From the NCBI GenBank assembly GCA_964614965.1, contig CAZTNT010000001.1, positions 1 to 36,074 of the forward strand: a DNA stretch of 36,074 bases, given 5' to 3'. Positions 27,292 to 35,437 of the stretch are shown in pieces (the first letter of the stretch is position 1; every line of letters begins with the position of its first letter). This stretch comes from an uncultured Lachnospiraceae bacterium. GTDB lineage: Bacteria; Bacillota; Clostridia; Christensenellales; UBA1242. The translations under genes were made by a program, and so were the position numbers. The notes under the pieces are model-generated. The model made no database searches and was not told where the DNA came from. It saw nothing but the letters and a program-made list of their open reading frames with translations.

Positions 27292-27477
27292 TTACTTATT
27301 TAAAGCTTTTAACAATTCATTGACATCAACTTCATGAACAGCGCATGCTTCTTCCAAACTTTCCATTTGTGAACATGGGCAATATAAACAATGAAAACCA
27401 AAACTTGTTAAAATTTCTTCAGCTTTTGGATGGTTTTCCAAAACGAAACTAATGATATCTGTTTTTTTGAATTTCAT
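27292..27477 (-). CDS. DUF1858 / hybrid-cluster-protein-associated redox disulfide domain protein
   Basis: 61 aa. ...ISFVLENHPKAEEILTSFGFHCLYCPCSQMESLEEACAVHEVDVNELL matches the family consensus (..P....F...GMHCLGCP....ESIEEA...HG.D...LL). AAGGAGA SD. Confidence 0.7.
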   Translation of the reverse strand: MKFKKTDIISFVLENHPKAEEILTSFGFHCLYCPCSQMESLEEACAVHEVDVNELLKALNK

Positions 27478-27590
27478 ATTTCATCTCCTTAATCAAGGTT
27501 AGTATAACACGAATTAAAATAAATTACAACTTAATTCATAAATTAAATCAATTAACCCAAACTAACATTAACGAATTTTAAAAATATATC

Positions 27591-27619
27591 TTGACTATCA
27601 AGTTATAAAGTTATATAAT
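27591..27619 (+). promoter_or_regulatory. Consensus sigma-A promoter positioned for a (near-)leaderless LtaS-family transcript
   Basis: TTGACT (27591-27596), 17-nt spacer, TATAAT (27614-27619), 8 nt (aaaaatat), ATG at 27628. No SD. Confidence 0.55.
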
Positions 27620-27627
27620 AAAAATAT

Positions 27628-29799
27628 ATGTTTAGAACAATCTCAAACAAACTTTTGATGGTGTTATATTTTGTTGTTGGTGCACTGATTTTGGAAGCAC
27701 TAACTTTTTCCATCTTAGATTTGGGATTTATGCCGGAATATTTTTGGTATAATTTCTTTTTAATCTTAGTTGTTGCAATCACTGTGTTTATAATTCCAAA
27801 TTTCACAGCTCAATATGTGATTTACACAATAATTTTGATTTTGCAAGCTGTTTTAGCATACATAAATTATTCACTTAGTCGTGTTTATGGAGATTTAATT
27901 TCAATCGAAATGGTAAGATTAATCGGTGAAGCAGGTGCTGCCATGACGTCAAGTTTTGTGTATATGGCTGTTTTGTTGGAACTTGTTCTTGTTTGTATTT
28001 TTATTGCGCTAATGGGTGGGCTGTTGTTAAAATATTGTAAAAAAGATAAGAATAACATCAAACAACATTTTTCTATTTTTAGCATTATTATAATAATTAG
28101 TGTTCAATTGTTTGCTGTTGGATTTTCAATTCAAACACGTGAGCGAGTTAATGCAATGTCAAGTTTAACAGATGTGGAATATGCATTAACAGATGAATTT
28201 TTGATGAACACTTCAATTCTTAAAACAAGCAGTTACACAAAGTTTGGAACATATGGCTATTTCACCAACATGATTGTTAATTCAATTAGAAATGATGGTC
28301 AGACTATTGAAAAAGCAACGATAGATTATTTTAATTCTGGTGAAATTTATGGAACAGAAAATAATAAAAGTGACGTTTTTGGAGTGGATAGTGGCAATAA
28401 TGTCATAGTTGTTATGATGGAATCTCTTGAATGGTTTGGTTTTGGAGACGGAATGTATGACTCGCAATTTAACAATCTTTCTCCAGAATTTATTCCAAAT
28501 CTTTATTCAATCATGTTTGGAGATGATTATGAAACCGACACAAGCAATGATAATTTGAACAATGATTCTATTCTTGCAAAAAATTTCTTTGCAAAATCAA
28601 AAACAAACATGAGTGAAGGTCAAGGAATTATAGGTAACTATCCTATTGCTCAGCCATTGACAGATGTTGTTAGAAACGACACTGCAACAAAACATGCATT
28701 AGGTTATTCAATGCCACATGTGTTAAAAAATTTAGGATATAACACAAGTTATGTTCATTCTCATGACATTTCGTTCTATAGTAGAGGAAAAACACATTCT
28801 TATCTCGGCTTTGACACTGTTATTGGCAAAGATGGTGTTAAAGATGAGAATGGAAATTATATTTACACTGGCAATAACTTAGATTTTGACAATTGGGCAG
28901 CAGAAGGAGAATTTGTTGAAAATGCAATTGATCACATTGTTCCCACTGATCGAACAAAACCATTCTATACGTTCTATTTAAATGTTTCATCACACGGTGC
29001 ATACACAGCCAAAGATAATACCCACGATGGCGATGCAAACAAGTATTATTACTATGTTAAATATGGCGAAGATGATTGTGAAATAAACGGATCTGGAAAT
29101 TGGCAATTGTCAAAACCAGAAAGCGAAGCAACAAAAACAGAATGGTATCAAAATGTTCTTGAAAATCACTCTAAAATTGCTGAAGATTTGGTTTATTATC
29201 AATGTGGTGTTAAGGGTCTTGATGATGCATTGGGAGTTATCATCAACAAACTGAAAGAATATGATATATATGAAGAAACCACAATGTTGTTATATTCAGA
29301 TCATTACGCATACTATGATAGTTTATCGCATATATACAAAGGTTTGAGCACAACAAATAATAACAATAAAGAATTGAACACAATTCCAATGATAATTTCA
29401 AGTCCAGGAGTTAAACAATATAATTCAACATCAGAAGCTAAGTACTTAATAAACACGCGTTTCACATCTGCTTATGATGTTGTTCCAACCCTCTTTGATT
29501 TGCTGGGAGTGAAATTTAATGAAAATCTTTATGTTGGTCAATCTATTTTCAGCCCATCTGACGTGGTTTACACTGAAAATGATGTAACAAAAGATATGAT
29601 TGTTTACTATTCAAACACAGGTGGTTTGTTTGGGGATGGAATTTACACCTTTGATTTAAAAACCATAGTTACAGAGCACAATTACAGCGAAGAGACGGTT
29701 GAACTTTTCAAAGGACAATGCACAAATTTACTCACCAAAATCAATTTTATAACATTCCTAAATCGTTATAATTTGTATCATAAATTAACAAATGTTTAA
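27628..29799 (+). CDS. LTA synthase-family (sulfatase/alkaline-phosphatase superfamily) membrane transferase
   Basis: 723 aa. About five N-terminal TM helices precede a large extracytoplasmic domain whose start (NVIVVMMESLEWFGF) resembles the conserved LtaS/sulfatase metal-site strand. Confidence 0.8.
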   Translation: MFRTISNKLLMVLYFVVGALILEALTFSILDLGFMPEYFWYNFFLILVVAITVFIIPNFTAQYVIYTIILILQAVLAYINYSLSRVYGDLISIEMVRLIGEAGAAMTSSFVYMAVLLELVLVCIFIALMGGLLLKYCKKDKNNIKQHFSIFSIIIIISVQLFAVGFSIQTRERVNAMSSLTDVEYALTDEFLMNTSILKTSSYTKFGTYGYFTNMIVNSIRNDGQTIEKATIDYFNSGEIYGTENNKSDVFGVDSGNNVIVVMMESLEWFGFGDGMYDSQFNNLSPEFIPNLYSIMFGDDYETDTSNDNLNNDSILAKNFFAKSKTNMSEGQGIIGNYPIAQPLTDVVRNDTATKHALGYSMPHVLKNLGYNTSYVHSHDISFYSRGKTHSYLGFDTVIGKDGVKDENGNYIYTGNNLDFDNWAAEGEFVENAIDHIVPTDRTKPFYTFYLNVSSHGAYTAKDNTHDGDANKYYYYVKYGEDDCEINGSGNWQLSKPESEATKTEWYQNVLENHSKIAEDLVYYQCGVKGLDDALGVIINKLKEYDIYEETTMLLYSDHYAYYDSLSHIYKGLSTTNNNNKELNTIPMIISSPGVKQYNSTSEAKYLINTRFTSAYDVVPTLFDLLGVKFNENLYVGQSIFSPSDVVYTENDVTKDMIVYYSNTGGLFGDGIYTFDLKTIVTEHNYSEETVELFKGQCTNLLTKINFITFLNRYNLYHKLTNV

Positions 29800-29836
29800 A
29801 ATTTTCATTAATTTCACAAAAAAATTTTAAAAACAG

Positions 29837-29865
29837 TTGACAACGAGTTTTCTTTGAGTTATAAT
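29837..29865 (+). promoter_or_regulatory. Perfect-consensus sigma-A promoter of tRNA-Asn
   Basis: TTGACA (29837-29842), 17-nt spacer, TATAAT (29860-29865). The mature tRNA starts at 29881. Confidence 0.6.
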
Positions 29866-29880
29866 AAACTCGTTTTCAAT

Positions 29881-29955
29881 GCCTCGATAGCTCAATGGTG
29901 GAGCAACCGGCTGTTAACCGGTAGGCTACAGGTTCGAGCCCTGTTCGGGGCGCCA
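29881..29955 (+). tRNA. tRNA-Asn (anticodon GTT), CCA encoded
   Basis: Acceptor stem GCCTCGA / TCGGGGC (one G-U pair). D-arm TAGCTCAATGGTGGAGCA. Anticodon stem-loop ACCGG-CTGTTAA-CCGGT. T-arm ACAGGTTCGAGCCCTGT. Discriminator G and CCA at 29953-29955. Confidence 0.9.
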
Positions 29956-29963
29956 GAAAATCA

Positions 29964-29987
29964 CTCAGGAGAAATCCTGAGTTTTTT
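29964..29987 (+). terminator. Rho-independent terminator after tRNA-Asn
   Basis: CTCAGGA (29965-29971), GAAA-type loop, TCCTGAG (29975-29981), then TTTTTT (29982-29987). Confidence 0.7.
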
Positions 29988-30000
29988 AATGATTAATTAA

Positions 30001-30062
30001 GAGTGAATAATGAAGAATTGTGGAAAGTTTGAAGTGATTTTCTAATTCTTCATTTTTCATTC
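30001..30062. repeat. Long imperfect inverted repeat (19-bp arms, 24-nt loop) between the tRNA and the four-helix-bundle gene
   Basis: GAGTGAATAATGAAGAATT (30001-30019) pairs with AATTCTTCATTTTTCATTC (30044-30062), with one mismatch and one G-U pair. Confidence 0.6.
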
Positions 30063-30072
30063 TTCATTAAAT

Positions 30073-30101
30073 TTGACAAAATCAAACAAATGTGTTAAAA
30101 T
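30073..30101 (+). promoter_or_regulatory. Consensus sigma-A promoter positioned for a near-leaderless four-helix-bundle gene transcript
   Basis: TTGACA (30073-30078), 17-nt spacer, TGtTAAAAT (30093-30101), 9 nt, ATG at 30111. No SD. Confidence 0.5.
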
Positions 30102-30110
30102 AAAAATACT

Positions 30111-30449
30111 ATGAAAGAAAATTTATTAATTTCAAAATCTAAAGATTTTGCATTAAAAATTATTGCACTATGCAAAAATATTAAAAATCAAGGAAGTTTA
30201 ACAAATCAACTACTTCGTTCAGCAACTAGCATAGGTGCAAACATTCACGAAGCAAATTATGCTCAAAGCAAAGCAGATTTTGTAAGTAAATTGCAAATTG
30301 CTTTAAAAGAGTGTTATGAAAGTGAATATTGGATTGATTTGCTAATTTCAGCAAATATAATAGGAGAAGAAAATAAAAATTTATTAGATGATTGTATTGA
30401 AATAAAAAAGATTTTAATCAAATCTTGCAAAACTGCAAAAGGTGAATAA
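30111..30449 (+). CDS. Four-helix-bundle protein (23S rRNA intervening-sequence protein / Avd-like family)
   Basis: 112 aa. QLLRSATSIGANIHEANYAQSKADFVSKLQIALKECYESEYWIDLL matches the family signature (R.A.SI.ANI.EG....S..DF..KL.IA.KE..ET.YWL.LL). Confidence 0.8.
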   Translation: MKENLLISKSKDFALKIIALCKNIKNQGSLTNQLLRSATSIGANIHEANYAQSKADFVSKLQIALKECYESEYWIDLLISANIIGEENKNLLDDCIEIKKILIKSCKTAKGE

Positions 30450-30470
30450 TTGCTTCAGTTCGTCAAATCG

Positions 30471-30500
30471 TATCTCATCCATAAAGGTGAGATATTTTTT
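30471..30500 (+). terminator. Rho-independent terminator after the four-helix-bundle gene
   Basis: TATCTCATC (30471-30479) pairs with GGTGAGATA (30486-30494), 9 bp including one G-U. Followed by TTTTTT (30495-30500). Confidence 0.6.
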
Positions 30501-30533
30501 ATTTCCTACAATAATTCATAAATATTTTAAACT

Positions 30534-30559
30534 AAATAGACTTATAGTCTATTTTTTTT
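30534..30559. terminator. Second palindromic hairpin plus T-run (terminator or operator) upstream of the 1,492-aa gene
   Basis: AAATAGACT (30534-30542), TAT, AGTCTATTT (30546-30554), followed by TTTTT. Confidence 0.4.
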
Positions 30560-30616
30560 ATACAACTATTGATTTTTTATTTTGTGTATGGTATAATTAA
30601 ATTAAGAGGTAAAAAA

Positions 30617-33600
30617 ATGGCAAATAAAGAAGTCACTATTTATAAAGATAGATACCAAACATTAGAATACGCTAAATTAACTCGAACTCAAAAAGAAAAA
30701 TTAAAACTCGACGAAGTTTTTATAAAGTTTAATGGAAAAGCTGTTCCGCTTACTGAATTGTCTGTTATAATTAGTTCAGATGAAAAAACGGTTACAATGC
30801 GTAAATTAATTTCGATTGAGGATTTGCAAGAGAATATTGTTCAAAAAGCTGTCTGTGTGGGAACAAATGCTGAGGCAAAATTAACTGCAAACGATTATTT
30901 GCTGTTCACTCAAGCTGTTCCAGAATTCAAAATTTATACTTCACATTCAATCAATCCAAAAGGCAAAGAAATTCCGTATGGATTGAAAAGAACTTTGAAA
31001 GTGGAAGAAGCAACAGAAGGTGAAAAAGAAAAATATCGTTATGTTTTGCAACAAGGTAAATGGGAATTTGTTAAAGAAAATGATATTTTCTATTTTGATG
31101 GGGCAATCATAAAGCCATTTAAGGATTTGCCAGAAGATGTTGACCTTTCAACAATTCAATTGTTTGATGCGGAATATAAACAAATCACAAGTGTTTACAC
31201 AGGCAAGGCATACACATTTAAATCTCTAGTTCATGAAGAGGCTTACGAACAGTTTAATCCAACAACAAATGAGAAAAAGTCTTATATTTTAAAAGTTGAT
31301 GATAAATTATTGACAGATAGAGATTTTGAATTAGATGTTGAAGGAAAAACAATCACAGTTGATTCTCATCCGGTTGTTTTTGATAGATTCTACACAGAGC
31401 AAGAATATGTTCAAATTGAAGAACCAAAACCCAATTCGTCAGATATGCAAAAAGTTCACAAGAGAAAGGTCAGAAACTTTCAAACTAATGTTGACGGGAA
31501 GTTTGTTGCATTAACAATTCATGGCCAAGTTAAAATGGTTGACATTGAAAATCTTTATGATAGCAAAGGAAATAAAGTCACAGATTTGTCAAAAATGGTT
31601 GGAAAAAGAGTTAGAATTACGGAAGGTGACAAAGTTGTTGCAACTTCAGATTTCCTAACCTTCGAACAAGCAACCAGACGTTTCGACTCAATCAAAAGTC
31701 ACCAAGAAGTAAGTGGTCAAGCAACCGAAACATCTTTATTAAGATTAAATGATGGTAATTATGTTAATGAACTTGAATCAGTGCAACCAATTGCTTATAA
31801 ACTTGCGGATGACTCTTCAACAGATTTTGACAAGTTGTTAGTAGAACAAGTGGTTGGAACTGCAAAGAAATATGTTATTGTTGATAAGGATTTCTTGAGA
31901 AAAAGACCTAAAGGTTTCAATTTAAGCAGAGTTAAAAAACTTAAAAGATGTGCTTGGAAAGATTGTGATGTTATGCAATCTAAATCACAAAGACTTTCTG
32001 CTAAAGATAGAAAAACTGCCATTGAAGAATGCAGAGTTGTTGGAAAAGTAAGTTTTGGAGATGAAGTTCTTCCAACTGTTGATAAGAACACTCAATTTGA
32101 ATCATTTTTAACAGCATATAAAGAAGGTAATTACTATCTTGAAGATGTGGCGGTTGGAGATCAAATTAAAAAGATTGAAACTCCAGGGAAAAGATACGAA
32201 AACACTGACACATTCTACATGCATGATAAAGCTGCAGATAGTGTGTCATACAGAGCTTTGGAAACTCAAGATTTAACATTTGAAAACGGAAAAATCACTG
32301 GTAAACCAAAATATAATGTTGGCAAAGCAATTTGGGATTCTTATTCAAAAGGTTTTAAGCCAGCAGTTTATGCAACCGCAATAATTCCATTCTTTGGTGT
32401 GCTTCCTCTAACAGCCCCATTGTCAGTTGTTGCTGCTGTTGGCGTTGTGGGTATGATTCCAGCAGTTCCAATTTATCATATAATCAAAGGTGTTTTCAAA
32501 AACAACACTTTTGGTAAGTTAAAACGCGCATTAGGTAAATATAAAGATAAAACTGAAACAAACAGAGATATTGACGCAAACAACATTGAAAATGAACTTA
32601 AAATTTTAATGAATAAAAGTTCAAGCTTCACTCCAGAACAAGTAAATGATTTTTACAGTTCAAGAATTTTACCAAAAGTTGCGTCACTTTATCAAACAAC
32701 CAGTAACAATGCTTTGAGAATGGTTGATGGAAAAGCCAAAGTTGATTCAAGCAATGTTAATTTAGCAATTGATCAATGTGAAGAATATCGTGAAAATGCA
32801 AATCAAAGAACAACTTGTTCAAGAAGATTGAAAAGAGCACAATCTCAATTTGATCGTCAACAAAAAATCATGGATGATCTTGAAGCTAGAGGAAAAACTC
32901 CATCGAAGTTCCGTCAAAAAAGATATGATAATGCGAAAGATACTTTAGATAAACGTCAAGAAGCGTTTGATAAAGTTGAAGCAGATTATTTAGAACTTAT
33001 GAATGCAACTTTTGGTGAAGATTACAAAAAAGATGCAAGAGCGGATGATTTTATGAATTTAACAACCGGATTAAAAGTGTTTATAGAGTTAACCAAATTT
33101 AAAGATTCTTCATTGTGGGAACAATTTGCTGATTTAGGCTTATCACATGATGAAATAAAAGCAATGTTGTCATTTAACATTAAAAAAGGTTTAATGATTG
33201 ACGGAAAATCGGTTTTTGACAAAGATTTGGAAAATAAAAGACACTTTAAAAATGAAGGCTGGAAAAAGCTTAGAGAAAGAATCTTAAAAGCATGTGAAAT
33301 CGAGTCTTCAAATCTCATGGGTGAACGCGTTGATAAAGCAGAAGTGGTTGAAGAAGTTCCATTGGAAAAAATCCCATTAGAACTTGATGAAACAATTTCT
33401 AGGGATGTGATTGTTCAATTATTAACTGATTATCTAAATGCTGATGAAAAGATTACTACAAATTCTGGTGAATTAACTTACTTACAACAACTTGAAACTT
33501 CGTTAAATGCTAAATTAGAAGCATTAAATAACAATTTAAAGAACGAAGATTTAAAGGAAGATGAAAAAACATTAATTAATAATAGCATTCATGACACAAA

Positions 33601-35095
33601 AAAATCTTTGCAAATAATGAGTTCTGCAATTGAAGCATTTAAAAAATCAATTGAAGAATTAAACAATGTAAAAACATCAAAACAAGTTGAAATTCAAAAA
33701 CTAGAACCACAAATTCTTGAAATGATAGAATCTGATGAAGAGCTTAAAGAATTATATGAAAAATATAAAACTTCTCTAAATATCAAAAATGAAAAAGATG
33801 CGGACTTGGATGTTGATAAAGATGTTGTTGATGAAGAAACTCCAGTTGTTGAAAAAGTGAATGTTGAGTTTGTTATTAATCATATAAGTGATATTGAAAA
33901 GTTCTTAACTGAAGAAGAAAAATTAAGAAAAGTAATTTCAGATAAGGAATTGGAAATTAAGCAACTTTCAAAACAAATTCTTGAAGTGAATGCAAAGAGA
34001 ATAAAAAAAGAACAAGAGTTAAGGAACGGAACAACAGAAGAAAAGAATAAAGAACTTCAAGAAATTCAAAGCGATTTAGAAAAACTTAAACAACTTAGAG
34101 AAAAATATACAACAGAGTTAAAAGGGTTAGAAACACAAAAAACCCAATATAATGCGGAGATAAATAGACTCGAGAAAGAAATTGCGGATATGAAAGGTCA
34201 AGACCCAGTTATTGATAAAATAATTGATGCACGCGAAAAACAAAAAGAAAGAGCAGATAAAGAAGTGGAAAGAGCTTCGCGTGAAGCACTTGACGCTATG
34301 ACAAGAGAAACTGATTTAAGAAAATTAATACGTGATTTAGGTTTAGAAAAAGATGCTCTTGAAGCGCAAAATCAAGACTTGCAAAGTAGATTAATTTCAA
34401 ATGATAAATTGATTAGTGGATTCAAAGGTTCTATGTCAAAGGTTGATGAATCAATTGCTCAAATTGAAAAAGATATCAGCTTAATTGATGAACAAATTAA
34501 AGCAAAGCAAAAAGAATATGACGCTTTGTTAACAAAAATTGAAAATAGCACAAATTTAACACAAACAAACAAAGAAATTGAAGCTTATCAAAAACAATTA
34601 AAAGCAATATCTTCTCAAATCAGTCAAAAGAGACTTATTTTAGATTCTCTTAAGATTGAAGCAGAGAAATTTAAAAATCTATGGAAAGAGGCTTTGATTC
34701 CTGAAGGAGAAACAACACACGAGGAAAATCAAAAACGTGTTGAAAAAATTTCTGAACTTATTGCTTCAACTGAAAGTAAATTAAATCTTATTAAAGATTT
34801 AGAGATTAAGAAACTTAAAGGAAAGAAGAAAAAAGAATTTGATGCTAACATAAATAGTGAAGATAACTTAAAATATCTCTTGATTGATAGAGATTCTGGA
34901 CTATTTGATTATTTGAATGAACAAGGAATCCACCCAACTGATAAAGAAATTGAATCAGCTATAGATTTGATTGATAGTAAGCATTCAGAGGGTGTAAAAG
35001 CAACTTCAAGGTCAACAAAGGTAGTTAACAAAATTTTAATTGAAGGTCAAGCATATATCACTAAGGTATTATCTAAAGGTTACAGCAATTTTTAA
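30617..35095 (+). CDS. 1,492-aa orphan protein: ~580-aa N-terminal domain, central TM hairpin, ~850-aa C-terminal coiled coil
   Basis: ATG at 30617 with an AAGAGGT SD at 30604-30610. The track start at 30569 is a TTG without an SD. Two adjacent hydrophobic helices (AVYATAIIPFFGVLPLTAPLSVVAAVGVVGMIPAVPIYHII) lie at nt ~32358-32490. The C-terminal half is a long K/E/L/Q-rich heptad-like sequence. I see no Walker A or other catalytic motif. Confidence 0.85.
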   Translation: MANKEVTIYKDRYQTLEYAKLTRTQKEKLKLDEVFIKFNGKAVPLTELSVIISSDEKTVTMRKLISIEDLQENIVQKAVCVGTNAEAKLTANDYLLFTQAVPEFKIYTSHSINPKGKEIPYGLKRTLKVEEATEGEKEKYRYVLQQGKWEFVKENDIFYFDGAIIKPFKDLPEDVDLSTIQLFDAEYKQITSVYTGKAYTFKSLVHEEAYEQFNPTTNEKKSYILKVDDKLLTDRDFELDVEGKTITVDSHPVVFDRFYTEQEYVQIEEPKPNSSDMQKVHKRKVRNFQTNVDGKFVALTIHGQVKMVDIENLYDSKGNKVTDLSKMVGKRVRITEGDKVVATSDFLTFEQATRRFDSIKSHQEVSGQATETSLLRLNDGNYVNELESVQPIAYKLADDSSTDFDKLLVEQVVGTAKKYVIVDKDFLRKRPKGFNLSRVKKLKRCAWKDCDVMQSKSQRLSAKDRKTAIEECRVVGKVSFGDEVLPTVDKNTQFESFLTAYKEGNYYLEDVAVGDQIKKIETPGKRYENTDTFYMHDKAADSVSYRALETQDLTFENGKITGKPKYNVGKAIWDSYSKGFKPAVYATAIIPFFGVLPLTAPLSVVAAVGVVGMIPAVPIYHIIKGVFKNNTFGKLKRALGKYKDKTETNRDIDANNIENELKILMNKSSSFTPEQVNDFYSSRILPKVASLYQTTSNNALRMVDGKAKVDSSNVNLAIDQCEEYRENANQRTTCSRRLKRAQSQFDRQQKIMDDLEARGKTPSKFRQKRYDNAKDTLDKRQEAFDKVEADYLELMNATFGEDYKKDARADDFMNLTTGLKVFIELTKFKDSSLWEQFADLGLSHDEIKAMLSFNIKKGLMIDGKSVFDKDLENKRHFKNEGWKKLRERILKACEIESSNLMGERVDKAEVVEEVPLEKIPLELDETISRDVIVQLLTDYLNADEKITTNSGELTYLQQLETSLNAKLEALNNNLKNEDLKEDEKTLINNSIHDTKKSLQIMSSAIEAFKKSIEELNNVKTSKQVEIQKLEPQILEMIESDEELKELYEKYKTSLNIKNEKDADLDVDKDVVDEETPVVEKVNVEFVINHISDIEKFLTEEEKLRKVISDKELEIKQLSKQILEVNAKRIKKEQELRNGTTEEKNKELQEIQSDLEKLKQLREKYTTELKGLETQKTQYNAEINRLEKEIADMKGQDPVIDKIIDAREKQKERADKEVERASREALDAMTRETDLRKLIRDLGLEKDALEAQNQDLQSRLISNDKLISGFKGSMSKVDESIAQIEKDISLIDEQIKAKQKEYDALLTKIENSTNLTQTNKEIEAYQKQLKAISSQISQKRLILDSLKIEAEKFKNLWKEALIPEGETTHEENQKRVEKISELIASTESKLNLIKDLEIKKLKGKKKKEFDANINSEDNLKYLLIDRDSGLFDYLNEQGIHPTDKEIESAIDLIDSKHSEGVKATSRSTKVVNKILIEGQAYITKVLSKGYSNF

Positions 35096-35102
35096 AAAAT
35101 AG

Positions 35103-35131
35103 TTGACATTATTAATCTTTAACTATATAAT
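35103..35131 (+). promoter_or_regulatory. Perfect-consensus sigma-A promoter of the glyQS T-box leader
   Basis: TTGACA (35103-35108), 17-nt spacer, TATAAT (35126-35131). Confidence 0.65.
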
Positions 35132-35137
35132 GTAAGT

Positions 35138-35294
35138 AATCTAATAAGCAAAGTGGCGATTTGCTTGGAGGCGCTCAAATGGCGTTCGCGTGTCTCGGCG
35201 TAAAAGAGTAAGTAAGGTGGGTATATCCAATTAGGGTGGAACCGCGGTATTGAGTTATCGTCCCTATGCAATTTATTTTGCATAGGGATTTTTC
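35138..35294 (+). promoter_or_regulatory. T-box riboswitch leader (glycine-type, short form) with intrinsic terminator
   Basis: Conserved T-box sequence AATTAGGGTGGAACCGCGG at 35229-35247. The terminator is TCCCTATGCA (35261-35270) / TGCATAGGGA (35279-35288) plus TTTTT, and its 5' arm competes with the T-box for an antiterminator. Several GGC triplets in the stem I region (for example 35153-35155, 35197-35199) could be the Gly specifier. The downstream gene is glyQS. Confidence 0.8.
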
Positions 35295-35322
35295 TTGCAG
35301 GAAACTAGCCCTTTGTAAAATA

Positions 35323-35437
35323 AATGTCATATAGAGAGAAGCGATATGTTGAGAAGTATAGACTGCTCTTAATGAGGCGCAGTGCTCCGCATTATGGGAT
35401 TCTTCGATTTCGCTAAAGCTTCACTCAGAATGACATT
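35323..35437. repeat. 115-nt inverted-repeat-bounded element between the T-box terminator and the glyQS start codon
   Basis: AATGTCAT (35323-35330) pairs perfectly with ATGACATT (35430-35437). Pairing continues imperfectly (GAGAGAAGC 35334-35342 with GCTTCACTC 18-26 of the 354xx line). The interior is visibly more GC-rich than its surroundings (GAGGCGCAGTGCTCCGC). Confidence 0.4.

Noticed and set aside
30111-30449. Avd-like four-helix-bundle gene as part of a diversity-generating retroelement
   Set aside because: No reverse transcriptase ORF exists anywhere in the window. I could not find a template/variable repeat pair with A-specific mismatches near the 3' ends of neighbouring genes. A DGR elsewhere in the genome cannot be excluded.
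29881-35095. Integrative island or prophage inserted at tRNA-Asn
   Set aside because: There is no integrase or recombinase and there are no phage or conjugation genes. I could not find a duplicated copy of the tRNA 3' end (GGTTCGAGCCCTGTTCGGGGCGCCA) downstream to mark an att site. Base composition looks the same as the flanks.
35324-35416. 30-codon ORF (MSYREKRYVEKYRLLLMRRSAPHYGILRFR) inside the element upstream of glyQS
   Set aside because: It has no SD or promoter of its own, lies within a long-range stem, and its composition looks like a translated repeat. It is more likely non-coding.
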